Assembly (NCBI GenBank): GCA_963815195.1
Contig: CAWFGE010000018.1
Span: forward strand, 96,001-160,000
DNA from: an uncultured Planctomycetaceae bacterium
Lineage (GTDB): Bacteria > Planctomycetota > Planctomycetia > Planctomycetales > Planctomycetaceae
DNA length: 64,000 bases
Direction of reading: 5' to 3'
The position numbers were made by a program, and so were the translations under genes. Under the pieces are notes generated by a model, which searched no databases, was not told the origin of the DNA, and saw only the letters and a list, made by a program, of their open reading frames with translations. Positions 11,101-21,176 of the stretch are shown in pieces. Position 1 is the first letter of the stretch; every line of letters starts with the position of its first letter.

Positions 11101-13133
11101 AGGCCGATGCTGCCCGTTCCCGGTCCCACGCGGTGCTCTTCGTTCTTCACCTGCCGAATGCCGCCGGCGTGCTTCTTCTGGACGATCGGCCGCAGCGATT
11201 GCAGCATGTCCTGGAGGGACTGGGCCCGGTAGGGATCGAGCTTCTGCCCCGAGTTGTAACACTTGAGGAAGGCGTCGTAAGCGGTCTCGTAGTCGCCGTC
11301 CTTGAAGTGCTTGAGGCCCTGGTCGAATAGCTCCTTGGCCGTCACGCCGGACGACTGCACCACTCCGGTTTCCGAGTCCGGCGGGGCGGGGGCTGTTTTG
11401 GCAATGTCAAATCGGCCCGGTTCTTCCACCGGCAACGGCGGTTGGGCGGAGGGGCGCGGCTCGCTCGTTCCCGGCGCGGGAAGAGTCGGAAGCTTCGCCA
11501 CCGGTTGCTGCGTTTTCGGTTGAGGCGCGATGGCGGGACGCGGCGCGGCCGGGTGTTCCGGTTTTACCTCCGTCTCGGGAGGAAGCAGATTGGCGATCGG
11601 CTTTTCTTCCGGGAAGCCGGGGGCTTGGATCGTGGGAGCCCGCGGCGCTTCGGGAGCCGCCGGTTGCGTCTTGGCGACCGGCGGGAATCCGGGGAAGCTC
11701 GGAGCCGGTTCCGGCTCGGCGGGCGCCGGCCGCTTATATTGCTCCAACAGAGCCGCCACCGATTGGGGCTTGTCGTCGAAGAGGTCGTATTTGGCGTTCA
11801 GGCTCTTGGCTTCTTGGATTTTGTGTTCGGCGGCGTCGAACCGGGCGGCGCGAATGTCGGCCCGCGCTTCGTTCAACAGCTTCTGAGCTTTATCGTGTTT
11901 GGCGATCTCGGCGGGATCGGGCGGAGCCGGCATCGTCCGCGGACGGATGACGGGAGCCTGCTGCTGCGCCACCGTCTGGGCTTGGGACTCGATGCGATTG
12001 ATGTCCTTCAAGACCAGCTCGGGCGTCTCGTCAAACACGAGATAAACCACGTCCAACTGCTCGGCTTGTTTGATCTTGTCGCGCGCCGATTGAAACCGTC
12101 CCGCATGGGCTTCCTGGCGGGCATCGGCCATCAACTGTTGGGCTTGGGCTTTCTTCCGGTCGTTTTGATTCTTGGGAGCCGGCGGAGCCTCTGGCGGCTG
12201 CCGACCGGCGGCCGCAAACGGATTGCCCATGGGCGCTTTGGGATTCGTGCCGGGCTGGGAATTGCCCGCGGCGAACGGATTTTGCACCGGGGCCTTGGGA
12301 TTGGCGTTGTTGGGAGACCCGGCCGAGGCGAAGGGATTGCCGATTTCGTTTCGGGGCGTGATCGTCGTCGTATTGGATTTCCGCTCGATGTCGGCGAGCA
12401 TTTGCTGGGGGGTTTCTTCAAACAATCCCCAGGCGGCCTTGAGCTTGCTGGCTTCGAGGGCGATGGCGCGGGCCTCGTCGATTCGCCCGGCGTTGAGCGC
12501 CGCGCGAGCCTGGCGGAGAAGCCCCTGGGCTTGCCGCTTCGCCGGGGAATCGGAACCCGGCAGCGTGGGCACCGGACGCGCGGGGCGCTGTTGGAGGGCA
12601 TTCGCCTGTTGGAGGGCATTCGCCTGTTGGGACGCGTCAAAGTCCGGGCCGGCCGCGAGATCCGGAGCGGCATCCTGGTCCGGGGCGAACGGATTGCCGA
12701 GCGCCGCCGGCACGCCGCGCTTGGGAATCGGGCGGCCTTGGACGCGAGCGATGAACTCCGCCGGCCATTCCGCGTTCGGGTTGAGCGGGATGTGCGCCGC
12801 TTGCACCAGGGCGTTTGCCGAGTTCGCAAACCGCAGCGCCGCGTTCATGTTGCCCCGCCGTTCCATCTCGGCGGCTTTTTGCATGAAGTCGTTGACCCGC
12901 GCTCGCTGCGCCGCCTGGAGGCGGTCGTTCTCCGCCGAAGGCGGCCCCCCGAATCCCGGCGGTCCTCCCGCGTTCGATTCCGGTTCGGTTTGAGCCAATA
13001 TGGCTTGAGTGGTTTGCTGGGAACTGGCCCACCAAACCGAAGCAGCGACCACGGTCGCACAAGCGAACAATCCGATTGTCTTGCCCAACGGTAGGTTCCT
13101 CCTACAGGCCATAAGACGCAGTGCTGACTTCAA
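8147..13133 (-). CDS. Giant type II/III-secretion-type secretin (GspD/PilQ-like), ~1660 aa; frameshift near 9263
   Basis: N0/STN-like [15 protein letters not shown]3-like [25 protein letters not shown], secretin core [48 protein letters not shown]; removing one base in the ggg at 9263-9265 joins ORFs 9057-13133 and 8147-9238. Confidence 0.85.
8425..8833 (-). repeat. Gly/Phe-rich coding repeat (27-nt unit encoding GGGGFGGGQ) inside the secretin domain
   Basis: Tandem ccttgaccgccgccgaagccgccgccg units on the + strand. Confidence 0.85.
9360..9550 (-). repeat. Gly-rich coding repeat (GGNV/GGNA, 12-nt unit) in the secretin
   Basis: Repeated ccgccgacgtt units; translation [27 protein letters not shown]. 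Confidence 0.8.
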
Positions 13134-13697
13134 CGTCCATGTTGCGTCGTCATAAAATCCAAAACGTTCCGCCTAAAATCATCCGGGATTTCGTCGCGTC
13201 GAACACAAAGGAGCATGACACGCCAGGAAACGAGGCGAATCCCAAACGACCCCGTGCCGCGTGGAAGACCCGCCGAATTGTGATTTGAAGGGTGAGATCA
13301 CGAGACACGTAAGGTGTGCATCGAGAAAGGCGGGGGATAGATAACGAAACCCCGAAAGCGGGTCAAGACGGCTCTCGGTAAATTGAACAATTCTCTTGCA
13401 ATTTTCACCTGATTCCGAGGCAAGACGCCGAAGCTCCGAGGCCGGGGCAAAACACGGGGCAAGAGGAGAACGAGGCAAAAGGGATAAGCCAGAGCAAAAA
13501 AGCGAGCAGCCCGAAGCCACCGGCCGCCCGCCATTTTATCCCCCTTGCCCGGATGCTCGCGAATTCGCCCCGACAATTTGAAGCGTGGAGGATTCGTTGG
13601 AACCGTTGGCCCCAAGGGTCCGCCGGGGTTCACTCGTCGAAAACCGGGGCTAGCGCGGCTAGCGCCCTGCGGCCAATCTCTCAACCAAGCTCGAGTC

Positions 13698-14126
13698 CTA
13701 AGACGGCACGAAGTGGATGCGGGCCTGGCAGTGTTTGCACGCGACTTTTTGCCCCATGTATTTCTGGGACACGCGGAGTTCCTCGCCGCATTCCGGGCAA
13801 TCGGCGTAAAACGCCTGCACCGTGAGGTGCGGGCTGTCGAGAATCAGATCGTATTGGGCCCGGCAGATTTTGCAGCTCACGCGGAGACCCGCATATTTGC
13901 GGTTCACGCGCAGCTCTTGCGAGCAATGCGGGCACTCGACGTAAAACCCTTTGGCTTTGACATCGACCATGCTGTTGATCTCCTCCAAAGGGATAAATTC
14001 GGGAACCGCCACACTGTCGACCTGGAGCTCCTCATTCAAAAGAGCGCGGCAGGATTGGCAATGGATGAGATTCTCCGGCATGTATTCGCCGCACTTCGGA
14101 CACGGTCCGCCGGGCCAAGCTGGCAT
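13698..14126 (-). CDS. Multi zinc-ribbon protein
   Basis: Six CxxC pairs (CPKC, CQSC, CPHC, CKIC, CPEC, CKHC) with a duplicated CPxC.xELRV..KY.G..V.C module; ATG at 14126 preferred. Confidence 0.75.
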   Translation of the reverse strand: MPAWPGGPCPKCGEYMPENLIHCQSCRALLNEELQVDSVAVPEFIPLEEINSMVDVKAKGFYVECPHCSQELRVNRKYAGLRVSCKICRAQYDLILDSPHLTVQAFYADCPECGEELRVSQKYMGQKVACKHCQARIHFVPS

Positions 14127-14607
14127 AACGCAGCCGCCTCCCCTTCCAAGAGGTTCTGTGTTCGAGGTTTCCGGATTTTCCACCCCGGCCCAGAGGGAAA
14201 GACTAACAACGTCAAGTCGCCGTTGTTTGACGGCCAACTTCAGAGGAGATCGTAAAAAAGCGAGACGAAACACCAATCCCGCTGCTCCTTTTACCTTCTC
14301 AAACCGGACGGCCTCTGTCCAGACTTCCGCCGCGAGAATTCCCGCGCCGCGGACTTTTCCCGGGCAATCAGGTCGGCTGGATCCGGTCGCGCGCGGCCAT
14401 TAGCTCTGTATCACGTCGACGGTTTGCGCGGGGCGGACGATGGGGCCAGAGATTGTCCGCCGTGTTCCAAGACGGAAACCAGAACGCCGGCTTGCCCTTG
14501 TCTCGCAGCTTCCTTCGCGAAGCGAACCGCATCCGCAAGGTGGCATCGTCCCGCCGTGGGCACGGTATCCACCTACGCTAAAAACCAAAGACATTGACTC
14601 GAACAAG

Positions 14608-15474
14608 TCATCCCCTCTGCTTCTCCGCCGCGATCCCCGCGTAGGGATACTTGGAAACGGCCTCCCAGGCGATCTTTTGCAGGATCGCTTGTTGCGCTTC
14701 GGTCAGGTTGGGCTGCGGCGTTTTCAGGCCTTCGGGATTTCTGCGGTAGATCGCGGCGAAATTGCAATAGCTTGCCAAAGCCTGGATGTGCTGGTTGCCG
14801 TGCCCGATCGGGTCGCGAAACAACTCCGACTGCGTTTTCACGCCGGGGAATTTCCCGTCCACGACGAGCTTCCGCAGTTTGACCACCGCATCGCCCACCG
14901 GCACGATGAACACCGCCCGGCGGCCGTGCTGTTTGTTGAGTTCATCCGCCTGGGCTTCCAATCGTTTGCGCCATTCATCGACCGCCGCCTGCAAATCTTC
15001 AATCTTCATCTCGTCCCGCTGGCTGTTCTCGCGGATGCGTTGGCCCGCATCGGGAACATCGAAGGGATACCAAGACGCTTGCACCAGCAACCGCAACGTC
15101 GGGTGATGCTCCAAACCGAGTTCTGTGAATTTGGCGATGCCGGGATCGGGAACCGTCAAATGGGCGGCCATCGTGAATACGTCCACGTTGCCTGTCTTGA
15201 GCGCGGCTTTGGCTTTGTTCTTCTCGTCCGCCAAATCCCAATGCTGGATCACGCGCGAACCGCCGATGCCCTGCGTTCCCACCAACTGATGGTTTTCGAT
15301 GCCCGCCGCTTTCACCAATTGCTCGACCTGCCGGGGCACGAACATGTGAAAGCTATGCCCCGTGTAGAACACCCGCTGCCCGCCCAAGGGCACGGCGTTC
15401 TCCTCCGCGCGAAGCGGCTGATGAAAGGCGGTCAAACAGACCCAAGCCAAAAGGCAGACCGCGAATCGCGGCAT
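14608..15474 (-). CDS. Secreted SGNH-hydrolase-like hypothetical protein
   Basis: Signal peptide MPRFAVCLLAWVCLTAFHQPLRA; block I-like VFYTGHSF; C-terminal DPIGH motif. Confidence 0.6.
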   Translation of the reverse strand: MPRFAVCLLAWVCLTAFHQPLRAEENAVPLGGQRVFYTGHSFHMFVPRQVEQLVKAAGIENHQLVGTQGIGGSRVIQHWDLADEKNKAKAALKTGNVDVFTMAAHLTVPDPGIAKFTELGLEHHPTLRLLVQASWYPFDVPDAGQRIRENSQRDEMKIEDLQAAVDEWRKRLEAQADELNKQHGRRAVFIVPVGDAVVKLRKLVVDGKFPGVKTQSELFRDPIGHGNQHIQALASYCNFAAIYRRNPEGLKTPQPNLTEAQQAILQKIAWEAVSKYPYAGIAAEKQRG

Positions 15475-15722
15475 GCGAAGATTCAACAGCATGATCGGCT
15501 CCAGAAAAGCAAGGCGGAAAACTGCGACGCCGCACGACGCCACTAACATACCAAGCCCCCCGGCAAACCGCACGCGCCGTTCGTATTGGCGCAGGGAAAA
15601 CAGAACTCTCAAAATTCGAAATCGGCCGCCGATCTCGAAAACGCCGATTCCTGGATTCATCGACTCCCCAACCATCTGACGCTGCCCTATAATCAACGGG
15701 CACGTTTTGTTGGAGTTTGGCG

Positions 15723-16469
15723 ATGCCGATGCATGATTGGACCCGAGTCGAACCGGGAATTTTTCACGCGTTTCATCACGAGTGGATTTCCGAAATCTCG
15801 AAGGCGTTGAATCAGGAATTGCTGCCGGACGACTATTACGCTCTGCCGGAGCAGGTCGCCGCCGGGTTCGGACCGGATGTGCTCACGCTTCAAGAAGAAC
15901 CGCCCGATGCCGTGCCGAATGCCCAAGACACCGGCGATGCGCGGTCGGCGACCGGACTGCAAACGCGTCCGCAGACGACTTTCACGGCCGAGACCGACGC
16001 GGAATTCTACCGCCGAAAGAAAAGCTCGATCGTCGTTCGCCACGTCAGCGGCGACCGGATTGTCGCGCTGCTCGAGATTATCTCGCCCGGCAACAAGTCC
16101 AACCGGCATGCGCTTCGGGCTTTTGTGGAAAAGGCCTGTGAACTCCTGGAGCATCGCATTCATCTGCTCATCGTGGATCCCTTTCCTCCCGGCCCGCGCG
16201 ATCCCAACGGCATTCATGCCGCGATTTGGGAAGAGGTCGAAGACGACGCGTTTCACCTCCCGGAGGGCCGCCCGCTGACGTTGGTGGCCTACGAGTGCGA
16301 ACTGACCACAAGGGCCTTCATCGAAACTATCGCCGTCGGCCAACCCCTGCCCGACATGCCGCTGTTTCTCAAACCCAACGGCTGCGTGATGATCCCGCTG
16401 GAAACCGCCTACCAAGCCGCCTTCGCCGTCCTTCCCAAACGCTGGCGAACAGTCCTCGAAACCGCCTAG
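15723..16469 (+). CDS. DUF4058-family protein (Planctomycete-expanded, Uma2-like motif)
   Basis: MPMHDWTRVEPGIFHAFHHEW, VALLEIISPGNK, LPDMPLFL. Confidence 0.75.
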   Translation: MPMHDWTRVEPGIFHAFHHEWISEISKALNQELLPDDYYALPEQVAAGFGPDVLTLQEEPPDAVPNAQDTGDARSATGLQTRPQTTFTAETDAEFYRRKKSSIVVRHVSGDRIVALLEIISPGNKSNRHALRAFVEKACELLEHRIHLLIVDPFPPGPRDPNGIHAAIWEEVEDDAFHLPEGRPLTLVAYECELTTRAFIETIAVGQPLPDMPLFLKPNGCVMIPLETAYQAAFAVLPKRWRTVLETA

Positions 16470-16502
16470 TGCTCCGTCAGAGCATGAATCTCGGATTGAA
16501 AA

Positions 16503-16569
16503 TAGCCGCAGGGCGCTCGCCCCGGTTTTCGCCGAGCAAACCGGACGCTAGCTAGCGCGTTCCGGCCGA
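16503..16569. repeat. REP-like palindromic element, family A
   Basis: tagccgcagggcgctcgccccggttt...aaaccggacgc..gcgcgttccggc; similar to 47722-47783. Confidence 0.7.
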
Positions 16570-17001
16570 TCCGAATTCTTAGCATTGGCGAGCCGACGAT
16601 CACAGGCCCTGGGACGAAGACCCAGGGGAACGATTCATGCGGGAGAGCGAAGTCCGCTCGGCCCGGTTCGGGGAACTCCTGGAAACGCTGATGGACCATC
16701 CCGACCCCGATGAAATCACCCGCCGGGAGATGGACGGGGAGCGTGACGACGAAATCGAACTGGAGGATGAACCCGAGCGGAAGGCGGAAACGATCGAGGC
16801 GATGAACGAACCGCTGAGCGAAGAGGAGCTGAAGACAGCCGGCCCTATCACGGCTGGTGCAAGATCTCGACAGCCAGCCGCAATGGGCCGACTGCGAGTT
16901 TCACATCGCCGGCCCGAAAAACGAAGCCGCATCAGTCGCGGTTTCCACGATTTGACGCGGCGCGTCTTCGAACCGCGACGGAAAATTGAAGCGGCTTTCT
17001 A

Positions 17002-17052
17002 TTGACGACATTCGTCGTTGTCCGTAAACTGAAAAACGACATGTGTCGTTTT
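17002..17052 (+). promoter_or_regulatory. Sigma70-type promoter overlapped by two BlaI-like operator palindromes
   Basis: TTGACG (17002-17007), 17-bp spacer, TAAACT (17025-17030); ACGAC-N4-GTCGT at 17005-17018 and within aaaacgacatgtgtcgtttt (17033-17052). Confidence 0.7.
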
Positions 17053-17070
17053 CTGGTGGGAGGAAAGTTT

Positions 17071-17487
17071 ATGGGCAAGCCGGAAGGCCGGTTGACGCCG
17101 GCGCAGCATGAGATCATGGACCTCGTCTGGCAAGCGGAATCGGCGGGGGCCACGGTGACGGAGATCTGGACCGCGATCGCGGAAAGCCGGGATGTCACGC
17201 GGACCACCGTGCTCAATCTCGTCGACCGCTTGGAAAAGCGCGGCTGGCTCAAGCGGCGGAAGCGGAAAGGCGCATTCCACTACTTCGCCGCCGTGCCAAG
17301 AGATGCCGCCGCGCGGGAGTTGGCCCGGGAGTTTGTGGACGATTTCTTCGGGGGCTCGGCGGGCGATCTGGTGATGAGCCTTCTGGGATCGAAACGCCTG
17401 CGGAAAGAGGATGTCCTCAAGCTTCGCCAAAAACTCGACGCCCTGCTCGCCGAAAACGGATTATCCGACGAAGACCGGCCGAAATAA
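17071..17487 (+). CDS. BlaI/MecI/CopY-family transcriptional repressor
   Basis: LTPAQHEIMDLVW, RTTVLNLVDRLEKRGWL, FVDDFFGGS; GGAGG RBS. Confidence 0.9.
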   Translation: MGKPEGRLTPAQHEIMDLVWQAESAGATVTEIWTAIAESRDVTRTTVLNLVDRLEKRGWLKRRKRKGAFHYFAAVPRDAAARELAREFVDDFFGGSAGDLVMSLLGSKRLRKEDVLKLRQKLDALLAENGLSDEDRPK

Positions 17488-17539
17488 TCGGCGACGCTTT
17501 TCATCACGAACCTTTCTTCTCCCGTTCCGGGACGTTTTG

Positions 17540-20500
17540 ATGTCGGCGCATTTGCTGGACCTGTCTCAATCGCTGCTAATCATTGATGCCGTCCTCGCGG
17601 CATTGTTGATCTGCGGCCTGGGATTGGGAACCCAAAGGCTCCTCAAACGCGGCTCCGCCCCGCTCCGGCATGGCGTGCTCCTCGCCGCGGTGGTGCTCAC
17701 TTTGCTTTCGCCGGGATTGGTGATTTCGCTCGCGCATCTCCGCGGCGGTTGGTTTTCGGTGAAGGAGGTTTCGACTTCCAGCCCGCTACCTGAATCCAAA
17801 CCGGCATTGACGAAAGACCCCATCGTTCGAAATCCCACCGAACCGCAACCGCCCTCGATTGAGGAAAACATTACAGCGCAGTCATCGCCATCGCCAAAGC
17901 CATCTCCAAACAAATCAAAGGTTCGACGCTTGGCTCCATCGCCCGCATCGCAAACGACACACTCCGCACCCGCCCCAATTCGCGAGAGCAACGAACCTTC
18001 CATCACGCCCGGCGGGGAATCTCCCAAACTCGCGAGACGGAAGCGGCCGCGGTTATCCGAGGAACCTGAAACGTCCGCGTCGCCCAAAACCGAGGCACGG
18101 CACGAATTCGCATCGCGTCAGAACCCCGAGACTTCCGAGGAATCCCGGTCGTTTCTTTCGCTGTCTGTCACGGCTGTTGTGCTGGTTTGGATGGCGGGGA
18201 CGGGCGTTTGCTTCTTGCGGAGTCTTCGCAGTTGGTGGCTGATCGGGCGGTTGTTTCGTTCGCGAACTTTGGTGAAGGATCCGCGCGTAAAGCGGTCGGC
18301 TGCGTCGGCGGCTCGTGTCTTGAAACACGGTTCGCCGTTGCGGGTTTACACATCGCCTCTGGCTCCGGTTCCGTTGTCGCTCGGCTGGTGGTCGAACTCG
18401 ATCGTGTTGCCGGTCGGTCTTGCGGACGAATTGAGCGATCGGCAGTTGGAAGACATCTTCGTGCACGAAGCCGCGCATCTGGTCCGCCGGGATGCGTGGA
18501 TTGCCGTGCTGCAACAGTTGGCGGCCTCGCTCTTCTGGTGGAACATATTCTTGATCCTCATCAACCGCCGCCTGGGACGATTGCGGGAAGAAATCTGCGA
18601 CGATTACGTCCTGGCTGAAGGGGGCAGCGGCCGGCGGTTTGCGGAAACGTTGGTCCGCGTGGCCGAGTGGTCCGTGAACCGCCCGCCGCTTCCCGCGGGC
18701 GGCACTTCGCTGCTCTCGAACATCGACGAACTCGCCGAACGGCTGACACATCTCACAAAAGGAATCCCTCCCATGTCCCTTCGATTGACTTTAAAATCTC
18801 GCCTCCTGCTCTTGGCGTCGGCGACGACGATCGGCCTCGCCTGCTGCCTCCCGCTCGTTAAAGCCGACGATCCGCCTAAGGCCGATGCGGACAATCCCAC
18901 TTTTGCTCAAGAGACTTCGGAAGCCGCGAAAGAAAAGCAAGCAGAAGCCGAGCGGCAAAAGGCGATTGAAGAACAACAGCGGCAGCGGTATTTGGAATTT
19001 CGCAGAGCCAGCGCAGCCCAAGGGCGAAAACTGGAGCAGCAAATCCGCGAGAGGGATTTGGAGCATCTCCGCCTCATTCAAAATCGCCTGCTGGATTTGA
19101 TGGTGCGCGACGGGTCGCCGGGGGAACGGCTATTTGGTGCATTTGGAAGTTTTCAGAGCTGGCCCAAAACTCATGTGGTGGATTCCAATGTGCTGCGCGC
19201 CTTCGCGGAACTCCGGACGCTAACTCCCGGGGACTTCGGCCCGGACACCAAAGCGATCACGCCGGAGAAAGTGGCGGAGTTGGTCAAGAAAGCCGATGGC
19301 AAGTTGTTGGACAGATTTCGCAAGGCCGAGACGGCCTACCGTGAGTTGTCGAAACAGCCCAGCCCGTTGGATTGGTCGCCCAACGCGGACCAGTGGTATC
19401 AATTCGCCGCCGACTTTCTCGCGGAGGGGACCGACGAAGAACTGGCGAACCGCTGGAAGCAACAAATCAAAGCCCACCCGGAGTCGGTGGATTTAATCAC
19501 CTTGGCGTATCTGGATCAAATTCAGGGCCGCCAACCGAAGTTTGTGGACAAACCGATTCTGGAAAGTTTTTGTTCCAAAGATTCCCTGACGCCGACCGAG
19601 CGGTTCACGCGGCTCGTCTTGGTCCTGGCCGCGTGGGACAAGGCCGGCTTGCCTCGCGATGACAAATTTCGCGAATCGCTGTGGACGCAGTCGTTGGATT
19701 TGCTTCGCAAGAAAGAAATCCGCCTGTCTCGGCATGACCAGAACCTCCGCGTGATCGCCCGCGTCTTCGCCGACTTCTGGCAGGGATTGAAGGCCGAGGA
19801 ACACACGGCGTTCGTCAATGCCATGTTAATCGATCAATCCGCTTTTACGATCCAAGCCCTGGCGGGATTGGCGGGGATCGATCCGGCGACGCAGCGGCGG
19901 TGGTTTCTCGCCCGGCCCGTCCGCGGAGACTTTCAGCAGACGCCGTTTCTTGACGCCTTGGATTTCATCAAAGACGCCTCGCATGCGACGATCTGGCAGG
20001 ATCCCGCCGTCGCGAACTGGGACAAGAAATTCACGATGAACATCGAAGGCACGTGGTTCGAGACGCTCGGGCAACTGCTTGCCAAGACGCCTTTCGAGGC
20101 GGCGCTCTTGGACGATGGCATCGTGTGGATCGGCCCGCCCGCGAAACGCGAAGCCTCGGCCCGGCGGCTGCGGGAGATCAAGGGCTTGATTCCCGATCGC
20201 CCGGAACTTCAAAACTCCGTCGAGATCGAGTTCATCGAAACGCCGGTCAAAGATGCCTTCGAATTTCTCTCCGATGCCAATGATATTCCCATTTATTATC
20301 TTGGCGAACAGGACATTCCGATCAACCTCATCGCCGACGCCAACCTGCCGTTGTATCTCGTGATTGAGATGGTCACCGAAATCGCCGGGGCTCGCTGGGA
20401 TGTGTTGGGGAACGCGGTGGTCGTCGCGCAAGCCAAAGAATTCCCCCTTTGGCAAAAAGCCATCGCCGACTACCGCCGGCAGCAGATCACGATCACGCGG

Positions 20501-21103
20501 TTGCATCTCGCCGGCAATCCGCTGGTTGAGAAATTCGAAGGGCGGGTCGACGTGGAATTTATCGACACACCCGTCAAGGATGCGTTGGATTTTATGGCGG
20601 ATGCGACTGGCGCGTCGATTGTCTATCTGGGCAACTCGCCGAACGCTCCGGTTCGATTTATATCGAGTAGCCACTTTCTCCCCGCAGCATTAACCTTGAT
20701 GCTCGCCCCGCTGGATTTGTCTTGGGACACCGATGGGCACATGATCGTCGTCAGCGACCGCGAAACGCTTTCGCGGTTTCGGGAATTGACGGCGCGCGGC
20801 GATGAGAAGAAAAGAACCGCGACGGCGGCGGTGCGGAAGGCTCTGGCGAAACCGGTTTCGACAATTCTCGCCAACAAGCCGCAGCAGGCGAAGGATCAGT
20901 TCGACGCCGTGCTGAAAATCCTCTCGCAGCAAACCGGCGTGACGATCGAAACGGCCCAGGGCGTGCGGCAAAACTGGACGCAGCAGATGCCCTGGATCAG
21001 CGATGTGCCCTTGGAAACGGTGCTCGATCTCTTCGCGGCCAGGGCGCAGGCCGACTGGAAAGTCACGACCGAGGGCCACATCCGCCTCGAACCGATCAAG
21101 TAG
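17540..21103 (+). CDS. BlaR1/MecR1-like M56 metallopeptidase sensor with C-terminal secretin-N0/STN-like repeats
   Basis: N-terminal TM helices, HEAAH zinc motif, FWWN, REEICDD; C-terminal VEIEFIETPVKDAF / VDVEFIDTPVKDAL repeats; directly after the BlaI gene. Confidence 0.85.
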   Translation: MSAHLLDLSQSLLIIDAVLAALLICGLGLGTQRLLKRGSAPLRHGVLLAAVVLTLLSPGLVISLAHLRGGWFSVKEVSTSSPLPESKPALTKDPIVRNPTEPQPPSIEENITAQSSPSPKPSPNKSKVRRLAPSPASQTTHSAPAPIRESNEPSITPGGESPKLARRKRPRLSEEPETSASPKTEARHEFASRQNPETSEESRSFLSLSVTAVVLVWMAGTGVCFLRSLRSWWLIGRLFRSRTLVKDPRVKRSAASAARVLKHGSPLRVYTSPLAPVPLSLGWWSNSIVLPVGLADELSDRQLEDIFVHEAAHLVRRDAWIAVLQQLAASLFWWNIFLILINRRLGRLREEICDDYVLAEGGSGRRFAETLVRVAEWSVNRPPLPAGGTSLLSNIDELAERLTHLTKGIPPMSLRLTLKSRLLLLASATTIGLACCLPLVKADDPPKADADNPTFAQETSEAAKEKQAEAERQKAIEEQQRQRYLEFRRASAAQGRKLEQQIRERDLEHLRLIQNRLLDLMVRDGSPGERLFGAFGSFQSWPKTHVVDSNVLRAFAELRTLTPGDFGPDTKAITPEKVAELVKKADGKLLDRFRKAETAYRELSKQPSPLDWSPNADQWYQFAADFLAEGTDEELANRWKQQIKAHPESVDLITLAYLDQIQGRQPKFVDKPILESFCSKDSLTPTERFTRLVLVLAAWDKAGLPRDDKFRESLWTQSLDLLRKKEIRLSRHDQNLRVIARVFADFWQGLKAEEHTAFVNAMLIDQSAFTIQALAGLAGIDPATQRRWFLARPVRGDFQQTPFLDALDFIKDASHATIWQDPAVANWDKKFTMNIEGTWFETLGQLLAKTPFEAALLDDGIVWIGPPAKREASARRLREIKGLIPDRPELQNSVEIEFIETPVKDAFEFLSDANDIPIYYLGEQDIPINLIADANLPLYLVIEMVTEIAGARWDVLGNAVVVAQAKEFPLWQKAIADYRRQQITITRLHLAGNPLVEKFEGRVDVEFIDTPVKDALDFMADATGASIVYLGNSPNAPVRFISSSHFLPAALTLMLAPLDLSWDTDGHMIVVSDRETLSRFRELTARGDEKKRTATAAVRKALAKPVSTILANKPQQAKDQFDAVLKILSQQTGVTIETAQGVRQNWTQQMPWISDVPLETVLDLFAARAQADWKVTTEGHIRLEPIK

Positions 21104-21176
21104 CGGTTTGCTGCGCGCGCCTGGGATCTTGTGATCGCTGCGCTCCGGGACGTGACAGCGAACCGCTGCCGGCGGC

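Noticed and set aside
16637..17005. 122-aa acidic ORF upstream of BlaI
   Set aside because: No recognisable family, runs into the BlaI promoter; may be a gene fragment but unsupported
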